A DNA stretch of 64,000 nucleotides from Octopus bimaculoides (taxonomy: Eukaryota): contig NC_068982.1 in NCBI RefSeq assembly GCF_001194135.2, positions 36,744,674-36,808,673 of the forward strand. The letters run 5' to 3'. The notes beneath the pieces were generated by a model that saw nothing but the letters and a program-made list of their open reading frames with translations, was not told the origin of the DNA and searched no databases. Of the stretch, positions 12,977 through 25,853 are shown piece by piece. Made by a program: the position numbers and the translations under genes. Numbering within the stretch: position 1 is the stretch's first letter; every line of letters begins with the position of its first letter.

Positions 12977-14455
12977 TTATGTAAGAGCTTCTAGGTAAAC
13001 AACATTCTTTGTTTTTTGGTTTGGAGCATAGACAAATAAGTCTTGCAAACTACCTACTCTGGAGCAACCAACAAAGTTGACCATGAGAAAAGCAAGCCAG
13101 TAGATTTCAAAGACTGACTTTGGTTTTATTAATAGACATTGCAAAGCAAAGTTGCACTGGGAATTGTGTTCATTTGAACTCAAAGGGCATGTCTGTTGGT
13201 TTCATTGGAATTCTTGGAATGAAAACTTCTTCCCCAGAGGAACATCCGGTGATGATGGTAGCTTCTGTCATATTAGGTGATAATGTCTTCACAATCAACC
13301 TTGTCCCATTGCATAATTTAGGAGGATCTAAATTTCTTAGAAGCATTATTGGGACTCCTACCTTCAGAAAAAGTTTCTGGAGGAATTCCAGGTGACTCAA
13401 GAGAATTAAGGAACTCTGTTAGGTAATGGACAGCTTGATTTTCATGAAGGACTGAATTAACTTCTTAATAACTGTTGGGATCTTATTAATTCATGATTAA
13501 TTCTTGCTATTGTCTCATTTTTTGGAGTAAGAATTGCCCTTTCACACAACCATTTATGCGAATTATGATTATTACTTAAGTCTGGTAATACCCTGTTCTT
13601 CAATTCAGCTGGGGAATTCACCATGATAGCAATATGAGCCAAACTGATATTATCATTCCCATCAAATGGTACTTTCCCATTTCCTAATTGGAGGAGCCAG
13701 GTTGAAAACTGTTTTGCACCTTGGTCCCCATGTAATGAAGCTTGCATGTTAGTATTGGAGAATTTCAGTACTTTATTCCATAGGTGTGAAGACTTAATGC
13801 ATGTTTTTATTTCATCAGATATTGTTTGTCTCAGAATGACTGGTAATGTCCATCTGAAGTCTCCTGATAAAACTAATGTAACTCCTCCCATAAATTTATT
13901 GTTACCTCTGATGTCCTGTAAGGTGTTACCAAGAGCTTCCATTGCACCTCAATGTGACATGGTGCATTCATCTCAAATGATAAGGTGGCATTGGCACAGC
14001 ACTTCTGCTGAACTTGGATCTTTGTTTATGTTACAACGGCTGTGTGTTTAGGAAGCTTGCTTCCCAGCTACATGATTTCGGGTTCAGTCTCACCACGTGA
14101 CACCTTGGATAAGTGTCTTCTGCTATAGCCCCGAGCCGACCGAAGCTTTGTGATTGAATTTGGTAGGTGGAAGTTACTGCCGTGTGTGTATATGTCTGTG
14201 TATGTGCTTGTGCCTCTCCGAAAGAGAGAGAGAGGGATAGACTTTCTTGTGACCAGGTGTAGTGGTAATTTAAAAGCAGAAAGAGTTGTTTGTCTTCCTG
14301 GGAGAATGGTGGCAGCAAAACCAGACAATAGTACAGCAACTGCAATTTTTTTTGTTGCCTTACTTTGGAGAGAAGCAATATCACAAATGTTTTACCTGTG
14401 TCACCAGGAGCATCAAGAAAGAGAATTCCTCTGCTTTTTTCAGACGATTGTGGAA
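12977..14455 (-). pseudogene. Helitron PIF1-type SF1 helicase domain, fragmented
   Basis: Walker A FLDAPGDTGKTF, Walker B DECTM, then LSGDFRxTLPVI, LKVGVPIMLLRNLDPPKLCNGTRL, FIPRIPMKPTDMPFEFK, CSRVGS..YAPNQKTKNVVY. Multiple stops and frameshifts; no Rep domain seen. Confidence 0.93.
14038..14210 (+). mobile_element. SINE family A fragment inserted in the Helitron helicase
   Basis: ggctgtgtgtttaggaagcttgcttccc..cgggttcagtctc, lying between the Walker A and Walker B coding segments. Confidence 0.85.
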
Positions 14456-14536
14456 CACCACATGCACACGCACACACACACACACACACACACACGGATA
14501 CATATGCATACAGTATTGAACATCGGATGAAATGGA

Positions 14537-14575
<39 letters not shown>

Positions 14576-14576
14576 G

Positions 14577-14647
14577 TGAGTGAAGGGGTGTGTTGTCATG
14601 TATTCGTACATACATAAATAAATAGGTATACATCTTGTATGTGTGTA

Positions 14648-14683
<36 letters not shown>

Positions 14684-14788
14684 CCACTTAGACATCACTC
14701 TCTCACCCACACACACATATACATACAAAAGAGATGTATGCATATGTATTTATGTATGTACGCATACATGACAACACCCCTTCACTCA
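14577..14788. repeat. Fold-back inverted repeat (about 100-bp arms, short spacer)
   Basis: tgagtgaaggggtgtgttgtcatgtattcgtacatacataaata is mirrored by tatttatgtatgtacgcatacatgacaacaccccttcactca. Confidence 0.8.
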
Positions 14789-15043
14789 TACACACACAGA
14801 CACACACACCATACATAAATGTATACAGACGTACATACAAAAACACGTGTATGTGTATGACTGACTACAAATACATAGAGCTGAACAGGGTGTGATAATG
14901 AAAATAAAAATTTTTTACGTAAAATAACAAAGTGTGCAAGTTCCAACAAAATAATGCCCATATTTTTGGGACATCCCATGTTGAATTGCAAAATTTTAAC
15001 ATGATATTTGTGTAATAAAGAAATCAAACCTGGAGTTTGTGTT

Positions 15044-15074
<31 letters not shown>

Positions 15075-15918
15075 AAATATTGCAAACAATGAATGAGATG
15101 GACATGGAATGAAAAAATTGTATAAATAAAAGAACATTAAGAACTATCTTGTACTGAATATTTAAATTTGTGAACTTAGTAAATATTTCTTTTAGTAATT
15201 TATCGTAGTTGTTTACAACTAGTGAATTAAAACTTGAAATGGAAACATTAAAATTAGACAGGGACAGACTTCGCTGTTTTTATGTCAATACCGGAAGGTG
15301 ACATTGAGAAACTTTTTTAAAGACGTGAATCTAATGTAATAATATTCCAAGGTATATTTGTAGAGAATTTCATTAAAAAATATCCACTTTCTTGAAAGTT
15401 GAGATGAATTGAAGTAGACTCCGGTGAATTTTCAGAAATCCCCCCCCCCCAAAAAAAAANNNNNNNNNNNNNNNNNNNNNNNNNNNNNNNNNNNNNNNNN
15501 NNNNNNNNNNNNNNNNNNNNNNNNNNNNAAAAAAAAAATTATTTATTCAAAATGGACATGATATAACACATTCGTAGAAAATTTTATTTAAAAAATATCT
15601 ATTTTTCTGAAAGTTATGATCATTGAAATTTGGTGGAGGGGCAGAAATCTGTAGTTATGCCGACAAATTTGACACTTTCCTTCTACACATGGTTATATAT
15701 GTATACAGAAATATATGAGTGCAGAAGATAGTAAACAATGAAAATAACTTGGTAACGGAAATTATGTTTCTTTATACGACGGGCAGAAAGTAAATTAGAA
15801 ATTTTTACGGAAAATAAAGTATTGTATGGGTTGATGTGAAGTTTGTCACTCAGTGAACCAAAGAGCTAGTATCAAAGGAGCCAGAAAGAAACCGTCAACA
15901 ACAGAAAACACAAGACCG

Positions 15919-16076
15919 TATGACAGGATTCTTTCAGTTTCCAACTATCAAATTTACTCGGATTTGGTCAGCCTGAGGCTATAGTAGTAGACACTTGCCC
16001 AAGGTGCCACATAGTGGGACTGAACCCAGAACCATGTGATTGGTAAGCAAACTACTTACCACACAGCCACTCCTGT
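15919..16076 (-). mobile_element. SINE family A 5' half
   Basis: ctttcagtttcc..agtgggactgaacccagaaccatgtg..acacagccactcctg. Confidence 0.85.
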
Positions 16077-16600
16077 CTGGTCATGCAGAAATATTATCCT
16101 ACTTGGAAATGGGTGAGCGTTGGCAGCAGGAAGAGCATCCAGCCATGGAAAATCCACCCCAACAAATTCCGTCTGGCCCATATGAACATGGAAAAATGAA
16201 CAATGATGTTGATGATAATTTTCATTTTATGTGCATACTGGCTTGTGTAATTATTTATGCTTAAATTTTACTTTTCCTATTATATAGGGCTTTAATTCTA
16301 GCTGTTCTTATATTCAAATGAATAATTATTTGAAAGTTAGTATTCATTTTGTGTTCTAAAAATTTGAGATGCTCCTTAATGTACAGTATTGATATATTGC
16401 GAGTGGTTGCAGTTAATTGACCGAGAAGAGAAAATCTAGAATGTAATGTGACAGCACATTCAAGGTATCAAGGTTTTGTATACAATACATGACTTTTTCC
16501 TTTTCCCCATATTTTCTGCTGAGAAGTAGAAAGAAAATTATTATAGCTTTTAAATGGTAGGTGAGAGTTAAGTTACTTTGAATAATTGCTCAGGCTACAA

Positions 16601-17665
16601 ATCATCATCATCATCGTTTAACGTCCGCTTTCCATGCTAGCATGGGTTGGACGATTTGACTGAGGACTGGTGAAACCGGATGGCAACACCAGGCTCCAGT
16701 CTGATTTGGCAGAGTTTCTACAGCTGGATGCCCTTCCTAACGCCAACCACTCAGAGAGTGTAGTGGGTGCTTTTACGTGTCACCCNNNNNNNNNNNNNNN
16801 NNNNNNNNNNNNNNNNNNNNNNNNNNNNNNNNNNNNNNNNNNNNNNNNNNNNNNNNNNNNNNNNNNNNNNNNNNNNNNNNNNNNNNNNNNNNNNNNNNNN
16901 NNNNNNNNNNNNNNNNNNNNNNNNNNNNNNNNNNNNNNNNNNNNNNNNNNNNNNNNNNNNNNNNNNNNNNNNNNNNNNNNNNNNNNNNNNNNNNNNNNNN
17001 NNNNNNNNNNNNNNNNNNNNNNNNNNNNNNNNNNNNNNNNNNNNNNNNNNNNNNNNNNNNNNNNNNNNNNNNNNNNNNNNNNNNNNNNNNNNNNNNNNNN
17101 NNNNNNNNNNNNNNNNNNNNNNNNNNNNNNNNNNNNNNNNNNNNNNNNNNNNNNNNNNNNNNNNNNNNNNNNNNNNNNNNNNNNNNNNNNNNNNNNNNNN
17201 NNNNNNNNNNNNNNNNNNNNNNNNNNNNNNNNNNNNNNNNNNNNNNNNNNNNNNNNNNNNNNNNNNNNNNNNNNNNNNNNNNNNNNNNNNNNNNNNNNNN
17301 NNNNNNNNNNNNNNNNNNNNNNNNNNNNNNNGTTCGTACGCATGCGTCATACAGTCTGCCTTTTACTCTGAGTGAGAGTCCCTTTGTCGCCAGCAGGGGT
17401 AAGAGCTCTCTAAACTTGGCCCAGGCTATTCTTATTCTAGCAGCTACACTTTCAGCGCACCCACCCCCACTACTAACTTGGTCGCCCAGATAGTGGAAGC
17501 TATTGACTACCTCTAGTTTTTCACCCAGGAATGAGATAGAAGTTGTTTCCTGTTTGTTTGCAGTCTTTATTGCACCTGAACATCTGCCACAAACAAAAAC
17601 TAACTTGCTAGTTAACCTGCCTTTGATGTTGCTGCACCTCTTATGTGTCCATAGCTTATCGCATG
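16601..17665 (-). mobile_element. Young 5'-truncated RTE LINE spanning an N gap
   Basis: (CAT)n tail plus gtttaacgtccgctttccatgctagcatggg at the left. Right of the gap the minus strand reads LGDQVSSGGGCAESVAARIRIAWAKFRELLPLLATKGLSLRVKGRLYDACVR. Confidence 0.9.
16786..17331. other. Assembly gap (largest; others at 7434-7499, 15460-15528, 22448-22457, 22847-22856, 27364-27463, 30636-30801, 51225-51234)
   Basis: Runs of N. Confidence 0.99.
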
Positions 17666-18309
17666 GTTGATTACACCAAGAATATGTATATTACACTATA
17701 ACAGAGGTACTATAATCTAAAAATATTATCTGTCAAGGATTTCATCAAAGTAATTATTATAAATGCACTTAATCAACAGTTAAATCATCATAAAATGCTA
17801 ATTTCTTTAGCTTCACATTCACTGCTTTAAAGAGAAAATATAGCTGTTGATAAAAGAATATTTGTATCTTGTTGCATTTTTTGTTAAATTGGGTATATTT
17901 TTGTTGGGTGCATTTATAATTTTTTGTATGAGAATACTGATGAGTTCTGGTTATCATGGTTTCAGAATATTTATTTGTGCTGTAATATGCATTTTTGGCT
18001 TAATCAACCATGACTGTTGTATGTTTGCACCCTCAACTCTAAGGTCAGTGCAAGGCCTGATTTGGTTTAGTTCAAATATATAATTGATAAAAAGAAGAAT
18101 TTTATATTTTGAACACTTAATTTACAGTCAATACAGAACTTTTAAATATTCTCTTTTTATTCATTTACTTCAAATATAACAGTGCTCATTCTATCTGGTA
18201 TGGTTTAGATGGTCTGACAGAATCTGACAAATCAGAAGACCACACTTGCTCCAGCATCTGTTTCAGCACCATTTCTGTGGTTGAATATTTTTCCTGTAAC
18301 TATCCATTT

Positions 18310-18800
18310 TTCAGCGTGCGCAAAGTACATTTTTTTTATAGCACCAAAACTATAGAGGTTGTCTGGCCATCAGCAAGACTAAATAGTCCCTTTGATTTTG
18401 TGTTGTCTCTGCTTAATTTTCCAGCTACATTATAAAGTGTACTGGATGCTTTTTTTTCATGGTACCAGCACTAGTGCAGTGTCTTGCAATTCATGGTGAT
18501 TGTGAATCTTTTCAGATTCTTGCTCAATCACTTCATCTTAATGTCTTCTCTAAGTTTCTTGAGTCTATCAATGTGCAGCTTGCTGCTCACACTATAGCTA
18601 CCTTCCAGAGAATCAAGGCTAATGACACTTTTCATATCTCCCAAAACAGTTACCCTGACTTTCTGTGCTTGTTACTAGTTCTTGAACTTCTTAGGCCTTT
18701 GAGAAGAGGCATAACACCATTCTATGGCCTGAGCCTTCATTTCCAGGTCATAAAGATACACTCGTGTTTCATCTTCTGTCATCAAATGGTTCCAGTACAT
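18310..18800 (-). pseudogene. mariner transposase catalytic-domain fragment
   Basis: Minus strand: LMTEDETRVYLYDLEMKAQAIEWCYASSQRPKKF..VTVLGDMKSVISLDSLE, matching mariner TGDETWxxxYDPE..RPKK..VFWD. Confidence 0.8.
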
Positions 18801-18824
18801 ATAATATTTATATATATATATATA

Positions 18825-19293
18825 ATCATCATCGTTTTAACGTCTGCCTTCCATGCTCGTAGGGTTGGGACGGTTTGACAGGAGTTGGCTAGGCAGAAGC
18901 CTGCACCAGACTTCTGTAACTGTTTCGGCAGGATTTGTTATAGCTGGATGCTCTTCCTAACACTACCCACCCAGCATAGTGGACTGTGTGCTTTTTACAT
19001 ACCACAAGCACAAGTAAGGTCAGTTTTGGCAAGGTTTCTTACAGCTGGATGTCCTTCCAAATGCCAACCACTTTACAGTGTGGACTGGATGCTTTTTAAG
19101 TAACACCTGCAGTGACAGGGTCACCAAGTAACCTGAATGACAAAAATCTTTTGAGCAGGGTGAGGTATTGGAGGAGGTGATTTTGTGTCAAATGATGAAA
19201 GGTTATGAGACAGAGAGACAGAAACAGATGTCTTGCTGCAGAGGAGGTACAAAGTTACCTGACTGGAGAGAGAAAGAGAGAGATCAGGAATGA

Positions 19294-19295
<2 letters not shown>
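18825..19295 (-). mobile_element. RTE LINE 3' UTR fragment
   Basis: atcatcatcgttttaacgtctgccttccatgc, colinear with 46225-46830. Confidence 0.8.

Positions 19296-19388
<93 letters not shown>
19296..19388. repeat. (CA)n microsatellite
   Basis: Perfect dinucleotide run. Confidence 0.95.
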
Positions 19389-19392
<4 letters not shown>

Positions 19393-19462
19393 TATGTCAA
19401 GACACACTCACGCATATGATGGGTTTCTTTCAGTTTCCATTTACTAAATCCACTCGCAAGGC

Positions 19463-19884
19463 ATGTGGTTAAGAAGCTTGCTTCCCAACCATGTAGTCGT
19501 GGGTTTGATCCCACTGTGCACCACCTTGGGCAAGTGTCTTCTGCTCTAACTTGAGGCCAGCCAAAGTCATGTGAGTGTATTTTGTTGACAGAAACTGAAA
19601 GAAACCATCATATGTGTGTGTATATATGTATGTGTGTGAGTGTTTATATGTACCCTTGTCTTGATATCACATGTTGGTTGTAAACAAGTATCACCAATGT
19701 ACAAGTGACATTGTTCATTACCAGTCTTCCATGAAAAACCTGTCTGGCTATGGGAAATATTATTTTACTTGGAAACGACTGAAGGCTAGGTGAGGGTTGG
19801 TAACAGGAAGGACATCTGATTGTAGAAAATCTGCCTCAACAAATTCCATCTGGCATATTGAAGCTCAGAAAAGTGGGCGTTAAA
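19463..19884 (+). mobile_element. SINE family A head with tail type 2 (RTE-like 3' end)
   Basis: Family A head and core, then gtcttgatatc..ggaaatatt..gagggttggtaacaggaaggacatc..gtgggcgttaaa. Confidence 0.8.
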
Positions 19885-19934
19885 TTACAATATATATATA
19901 TATAAATATACATACATTGATTTGTTTATTTATA

Positions 19935-20165
19935 GTCATTGTTTTAATGTCCCCTTTCTATGCACATGTGGATCAGCCAGAATTTGTTGTGGTAGGTTTT
20001 CTACTGTCAGATGCCCTTCCTGTCACCCACTGTTATCTGTTTCCAAGTAAGGTAATATTTCCTCATGACCTGACATATTTTCACAGAAGATTGGAAATGG
20101 AAGACACTGCTTGCATTGTGATGATACTTGCTTACAACTGTCACGTATGTCAAGGCAAGGAGACA
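19935..20165 (-). mobile_element. SINE tail type 2 fragment
   Basis: Reverse complement of the 19630-19884 tail (tttccaagtaaggtaatatttcc). Confidence 0.65.
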
Positions 20166-20584
20166 GTAACACAGTAGATGAAAACTGAAAAGAGCTGTGT
20201 GTATATATGTGTGTGTGTGTATGTGTGTATATATGAGATTAATTATTTGTAGGGTCCATTTGAATCAAGACGTTTTAATATTAAGGACACCAAACGAGGG
20301 TTGAGATCTGCACATCTGTATGTATATGAACACTCATATACCCAAGCATATACTGACATACTCATGCACTTACACATACATGCACATGCAAATATACACA
20401 TATGTATAGCTTTACATGAAATTATATACTGATGCACACCTGTATGCAGTTACATGATCCAATTAAACTACCAGATATGTGTGTACGCACAGACACGTGT
20501 ATATATACGTACGTACATGTGTGTGTGTGTGTGTGTATATATTTCTGTGCATATCTGTGGTATGGTGAATGGGGACATCACATA

Positions 20585-21890
20585 TTAATAAAGTCACATT
20601 CCTAGAAGCAAATGACTTACTGACTGACACCCAGCATGGATTTCGTCGAGGTAGAAGCTGTCTGACACAGCTCCTGCAACACTACAACTGGGTATTAAAA
20701 CAGCTGCTGAATGACTCAAGCATGAATGTGATCTATCTCAACTTTGCAAAAGCCTTTGACAAAGTTGACCATTGTATGATATGTCACAAACTGCGCGATC
20801 TGGGCATATGTGGAAAACTTGGAGAATGGCTGCACAACTTTCTAAATGATAGATGTCAGGCACTGCTGTTCATAGTGGCCCTCTCAGACATGCCCTTGGC
20901 TGCCCAGATAGCTACCCTTGCTAGCTATGCAGATGACACAAAAGTCTCTCAAACAATACAAAATCCTGGAAATATTGCACATCTGCAATGGGAGTTGGAC
21001 GCAATATACAGGTGGGCTGAGGACAACAACATGCAGTTTAATGCAGGATAATTCCAGGCCTTACGCTACTAACACACAAAGCTAAACGACATGCAGATAG
21101 GATACACTGGCCCAGGAGGAATTGAAATCCCTGCATTAAAATCAGTGCGTGACCTGGGCATCGACATGAGCAATGATGCATCTTTCCAGGTGCATATTAC
21201 CAATTTGGTAATAAAATGCAGATGGCTGACTGGTTGGATCCTCCGAACTTTCAAAACAAGAGAAAAGGAGACTTTGATGATCCTCTGGAGGACATACGTA
21301 CTCAACCGCTTAGACTATGGTCTCCACACAATAAAAAAATCAACAGCGGAACTCGAAGCAATCCAACGAAGCTACACCAAGAAAATCGTCTCGATGCAAC
21401 ATGTCAGCTACTGGGAAAGACTTAAAGAATTAAAACTCTTCTCCCTGGAATGAAGGTGGGCAAGATATGCAGTGATATACATCTGGAAAATCCTAAAAGG
21501 CCTTGTACCAAACTTTGGCATTGAAAATTATTCAAACTACAGAATGGGGCGCCACTGCATAGTGCCAAAGATCCCAGCGTCACCATCAAAATACAGGACC
21601 AGATACTGCAACAGCTAGGGCTTCAGGGGCCCACAGCTCTTTAATATCCTTCCAAAATGCCTGAGAGACCTGCATGGTGTGAATGTAGGTGTCTTTAAAA
21701 CAAAACTGGATCTGTTCCTATTATGGGTTACAGATGAGCCTACCTCGCGGCAAGACACAGATGAGGGCAACAGCATCAAACTCCCTCATTGATCAAATGC
21801 CACATATTACAGGAGGTTCAAAGTAATGGTGTACCTCAATCAATGACCGCATGACAGCAGCTTTAAAGCTGAAACATTTTAAAATTGTAA
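20585..21890 (+). pseudogene. CR1/L2-group LINE reverse transcriptase, 5'-truncated, with internal deletion
   Basis: QHGFRRGRSCLTQLL, YLNFAKAFDKVDH, YADDTK, VRDLGI, GWILRTF, YWERLKELKLFSLE. The GVPQG motif is deleted between LNDRCQ and ALLFIV. Confidence 0.92.
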
Positions 21891-22214
21891 AATAGTATAT
21901 ATATATATATATGTACATATTTATGTACATATATGTATATTTAATAATATCAAGGGTAATAAGAAATATTAGAAATTTCTACTACCAGTGGCCTAGCGTG
22001 TAAAAAAATTAGTCTATAGACTATATATTATTCATAGAAATACAGTGTTCACTTAAACACATAAGAGGTATCCATCATAGGATTCCTTCCACGCTAGAAG
22101 GAACAGCTGAAGAGGACTTCGCCTGGCAAATTATTTTATTTGCTAAAGTAAGTCAGAAACCATTGGTCCAGGAGTTGGATGGTAATTGCTTTTATTGGTA
22201 ATTGCTTTTATCAT

Positions 22215-22395
22215 GCCAAAACTAACTTCGCCTGAGTCCACTCTGTAGAGTCGTAGGTGTTAGGAAGGGCATCCAGCCATAAAATCCCTTCCAAAACTGA
22301 CACAGTACCCTTGGGTAGATTTTTTTACCTGGCCAACTTCTGTCAACCGTCCTACCCATGCACACATGGAAGATGGACATTAAATGATGATGATG
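22215..22395 (+). mobile_element. RTE LINE 3' tail
   Basis: gtgttaggaagggcatccagccataaaa..ggacattaaatgatgatgatg. Confidence 0.75.
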
Positions 22396-22397
22396 AG

Positions 22398-22431
<34 letters not shown>

Positions 22432-22568
22432 CGTTAGGAAGGGCATCNNNNNNNNNNTGATGATATATATATATATATATATACACATAAATAAACACTC
22501 ATGATGAGCTTTCAATTTTCATCTATCAATGTGTGTGTGTGTAAAAAAATAAATATAGTTTTGATTTT

Positions 22569-23134
22569 TCAGTGGTGTTGGTATTTTGATTGTGTTACTG
22601 CTTATTGAAATTGTCTGGGTTGAAGAAATCAAACTCCACCAAACTTCAGAGTTACTGTCAGTAGATTTAATAATGATATGAAACCCTACGCTTGTAGTTT
22701 GTACTTTATTGTGTTAATATTTTTGTTTTCATTTCTATAAAAATACCCATTTTAAATTTCGTGCGTGTGTGTGGTGGTGGTGGTGGTGGGGGGGTGTAAA
22801 TATATATATATTTATAATTTAAAGAATGTAAAAATGTAAAGTAACTNNNNNNNNNNTCAGTGGTGTTGGTATTTTGATTGTGTTACTGCTTATTGAAATT
22901 GTCTGGGTGGAAGAAATCAAACTCCACCAAACTTCAGAGTTACTGTCAGTAGATTTAATAATGATATGAAACCCTACGCTTGTAGTTTGTACTTTATTGT
23001 GTTAATATTTTTGTTTTCATTTCTATAAAAATACCCATTTTAAATTTCGTGCGTGTGTGTGGTGGTGGTGGTGGTGGGGGGGTGTAAATATATATATATT
23101 TATAATTTAAAGAATGTAAAAATGTAAAGTAACT
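22569..23134. other. 278-bp exact direct duplication flanking a 10-N gap (assembly overlap artefact)
   Basis: 22569-22846 appears identical to 22857-23134. Confidence 0.85.
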
Positions 23135-23628
23135 CATTTTTTGGCAACTTGATTACATATTTCTTTGAAGTAAAAAATATATTTTAGCTCTTTCTGTGTT
23201 ACTTCCTCTACATGTAAAAGAGTTGGTACAATCACTACTTCTATACCAGAGGTGCCTTGTCTGCTGCTGTTTTACCAGGGGTGCCTTGTCTGCTGCTGGT
23301 GCCTCTCTTTCTTCATCTATCGTTCTTTCACTCCTCTTCTGTGAGATTTTACACTTAACATTTCAGCGAAAATACCTCTATTTTTGCTTATCATTTGTTG
23401 ATATCATTCGTGATGTTACATATCTAATGTTAAGGTGTAAAGTTCTAAGTCCTAAAATTATACAACTAACTTTTACACGTTTTGAAAGTTCTCTTCATCA
23501 TGATCTTATTCTTAATATACTACATGGATTTAATTTCGTAATTTGTGGATTGTTACTTTGGAGAATTGAAGCTTCGGTAGGGGAGATCTGATTCATTTGG
23601 ATTACCATCTGTAAATGGTTTTGTAACT

Positions 23629-23650
23629 ATGGCAGATGAAGAAGAAGAAA
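23629..23650 (+). CDS. Candidate short coding exon (MADEEEE, phase-1 donor)
   Basis: actATGGCAGATGAAGAAGAAGAAA|GTAAGT. A possible next exon at 23782-23813 (acceptor ttttctttttatatctgtag) would give TIKEYLIEELK. Confidence 0.35.
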
Positions 23651-24998
23651 GTAAGTGTTTCCATGTGTTTATACATTTTTGCTTGCTATATTCCCAACAC
23701 TATTTACTATTTTCTCTGTCCCAGATAAGTGTTACAGTTCTCAAACTTCTTACATCTGATATTTTCTTTTTATATCTGTAGCTATAAAAGAATATTTGAT
23801 TGAAGAATTGAAAGTAAAACTTTGCTCTGTGTACTTAAAGACAGCAGCTATTAAAAGAAAGACCTTCATTTTATTATTTTATGTATTCAAAATACATTTA
23901 GTAACAAAATATATGGAGATTACTAAAACAGTAAATAAGATATGTTAACATTAATCTTATTTTAAAAACAAAGTAATGCACTTGGTTCTAAAATATATTA
24001 GAATATTTCTTTCTCATTTTCCTTTCTTTCCCCCTTTCTCAGAGATTAAAAGATGTTCTCTAAAAGTTGAAAAAGTTAAATATGAAATTGTAATTTGGAT
24101 AATTATTAATTTGAGTTTTTTAATAAATATAGTTCCATAAATATAGCTTAATAGATGTTGTTATTTTAATAAATATAGTATATAAGTATAATACTAATCA
24201 ATAACAACAACAGCAATAATAATAATAATAACAATAATAATAATAATATTTCTTCTCATAGAAAAGATATGGAAAACTTAATTGCAATGGTTTATGCTTT
24301 TCTGTTCGGTATCTTCTTATGGTACTGATACACAGTAACTGTGAAAATCAGACAAATCTTTTAGAATTTAGTAGAAGAACAAATTTCTAAATTATTGTGT
24401 ATATATTGAATCTTTTGAGAAGTTTGTTTTTTTTCTTTTTAGTTCTATCTTGCTCTACAACTTTGTGATATTTTAAATTGCATGTTCAATTATTTTCCAG
24501 TATCGGTATATGAATAACACTTCAAAAATCCATTACTCCATCTTCATAATTCATGTAAAAACACAAATATATATTGTAGATATCAGTGTAAATAAACTTG
24601 TGATTCTTAAAATTGCAATTACTTGTAGCTTGCAGCTGAAATTTTACCTGTTGCTTTTAATTTCAAGCATAACAAACACTATTAGGAGAAAAATAATTTC
24701 ACTGGGTCAGTCATTGAATTTGGTGCTTTGATCCTATTATCAGGTGTTCAGTACTTATGAGATAATCTTAATTCAAGTATTTATAAATTTATAGTTGCAA
24801 CCAAGAAAGTCCTTTGATTGTTGTTCTATTAGATATTAGCATTTTAGGTCTAATTGAGGAACTTGAAGCGCTCAAATAAAAATCTGAACTACTTGCTGAA
24901 TATTTGACCTCAGAAGTGAAAAAAAGTAGAAATATACCTGTTTAAGAGGAATGATGTTGACCAAAATATTTAATATGGTAATTATGTGTTTGTGTGTG

Positions 24999-25054
<56 letters not shown>

Positions 25055-25117
25055 TGGATATACACATATACATAAATGTATATATAAAATATATGTATAC
25101 ATATATAGACATATAAA

Positions 25118-25249
25118 TGTTGGACGATTTGGTTCACTAGTCCTCAGTGAAATCGTCCAACCCATGCTAGCATGGAAAGAGGACGTTAAACGATGATGAT
25201 GATGATCATCATCATCGTTTAACGTCCGCTTTCCATGCTAGCATGGGTT
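25118..25249. repeat. Tail-to-tail RTE 3' ends forming a palindrome centred on (GAT)n/(ATC)n
   Basis: aacccatgctagcatggaaagaggacgttaaacgatgatgatgatgatcatcatcatcgtttaacgtccgctttccatgctagcatgggtt. Confidence 0.9.
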
Positions 25250-25853
25250 ATCTGTCTGTCTGTCTGCCTATCTGCGCGCGTGCGCACACACACACACACA
25301 CACACAGAGTAAGTCTCTGTAGTGCTATTGTTTTTCTGTCTGTTGTATAAATGTATTACATCTTTGTGTATATCTTCATAATTATTTTCTTAGAAATGTG
25401 ACTAGTTAGTATCTTTTAAGTTCATATCAATTTTATTACTTGGTATGAAATCTAAATAATGAAAGTTGTGTCATTTGTAGTTGATAATATTTTTGCATCA
25501 GTATGTCCCCATGGAGCTATAAAATGACTAGTGTGCCTATAGTACTTCTTGTTTTCATTATTTATTCTTGATTATTTCTCTCTAAATACAGTTACCTATT
25601 TCATATATTTATTGTAATCTTTTATTGAGGATTAATGTGGCTTTCAACTAAATCACTTCAACTATCAGTAGTAGTATACATCAACATACCTATTATCCAT
25701 GATACAACATAAATCTCTCAGTAGCAAACATTTGATACTCTTAAGTCTGACTTTTATATTTTACTTCAACACTGTTTATCTTTCACTGTTTATCTTCTGA
25801 ATCAACATTGCTTATCTCATGAAAATACTTTTATTTTGTATTTTATACAAGTA

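Larger units (their letters stand above)
12746..14460 (-). mobile_element. Helitron (non-autonomous remnant) with canonical 3' terminus; 5' boundary unresolved, may extend past 15700
   Basis: Minus strand ends cccaggcaacgccggg (hairpin, 12758-12773) then tgcctctg then CTAG|T (12746-12749), about 230 nt downstream of the helicase stop. Confidence 0.88.

Noticed and set aside
12977-14455. Host PIF1 helicase gene
   Set aside because: Intronless, riddled with stops and followed by a Helitron hairpin plus CTAG end, so it is transposon-derived.
16670-17493. ORFs of about 200 aa with X runs
   Set aside because: Artefacts of reading through N gaps.
17847-18083. T-rich hydrophobic ORF, possible NUMT
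   Set aside because: No recognisable mitochondrial protein motif; compositional bias suffices.
22104-22130. Third hammerhead candidate CTGAAGAGGACTTCG
   Set aside because: The second half of the core (stem II 3' strand and GAAA) is absent, so it is too degenerate to call.
22569-23134. Tandem 278-bp duplication
   Set aside because: Copies appear identical and abut a 10-N gap, so this is an unmerged contig overlap.
23196-23591. 131-aa ORF with a short direct repeat (gtgccttgtctgctgctg x2)
   Set aside because: TTG start, no recognisable domain; more likely UTR or intergenic sequence.
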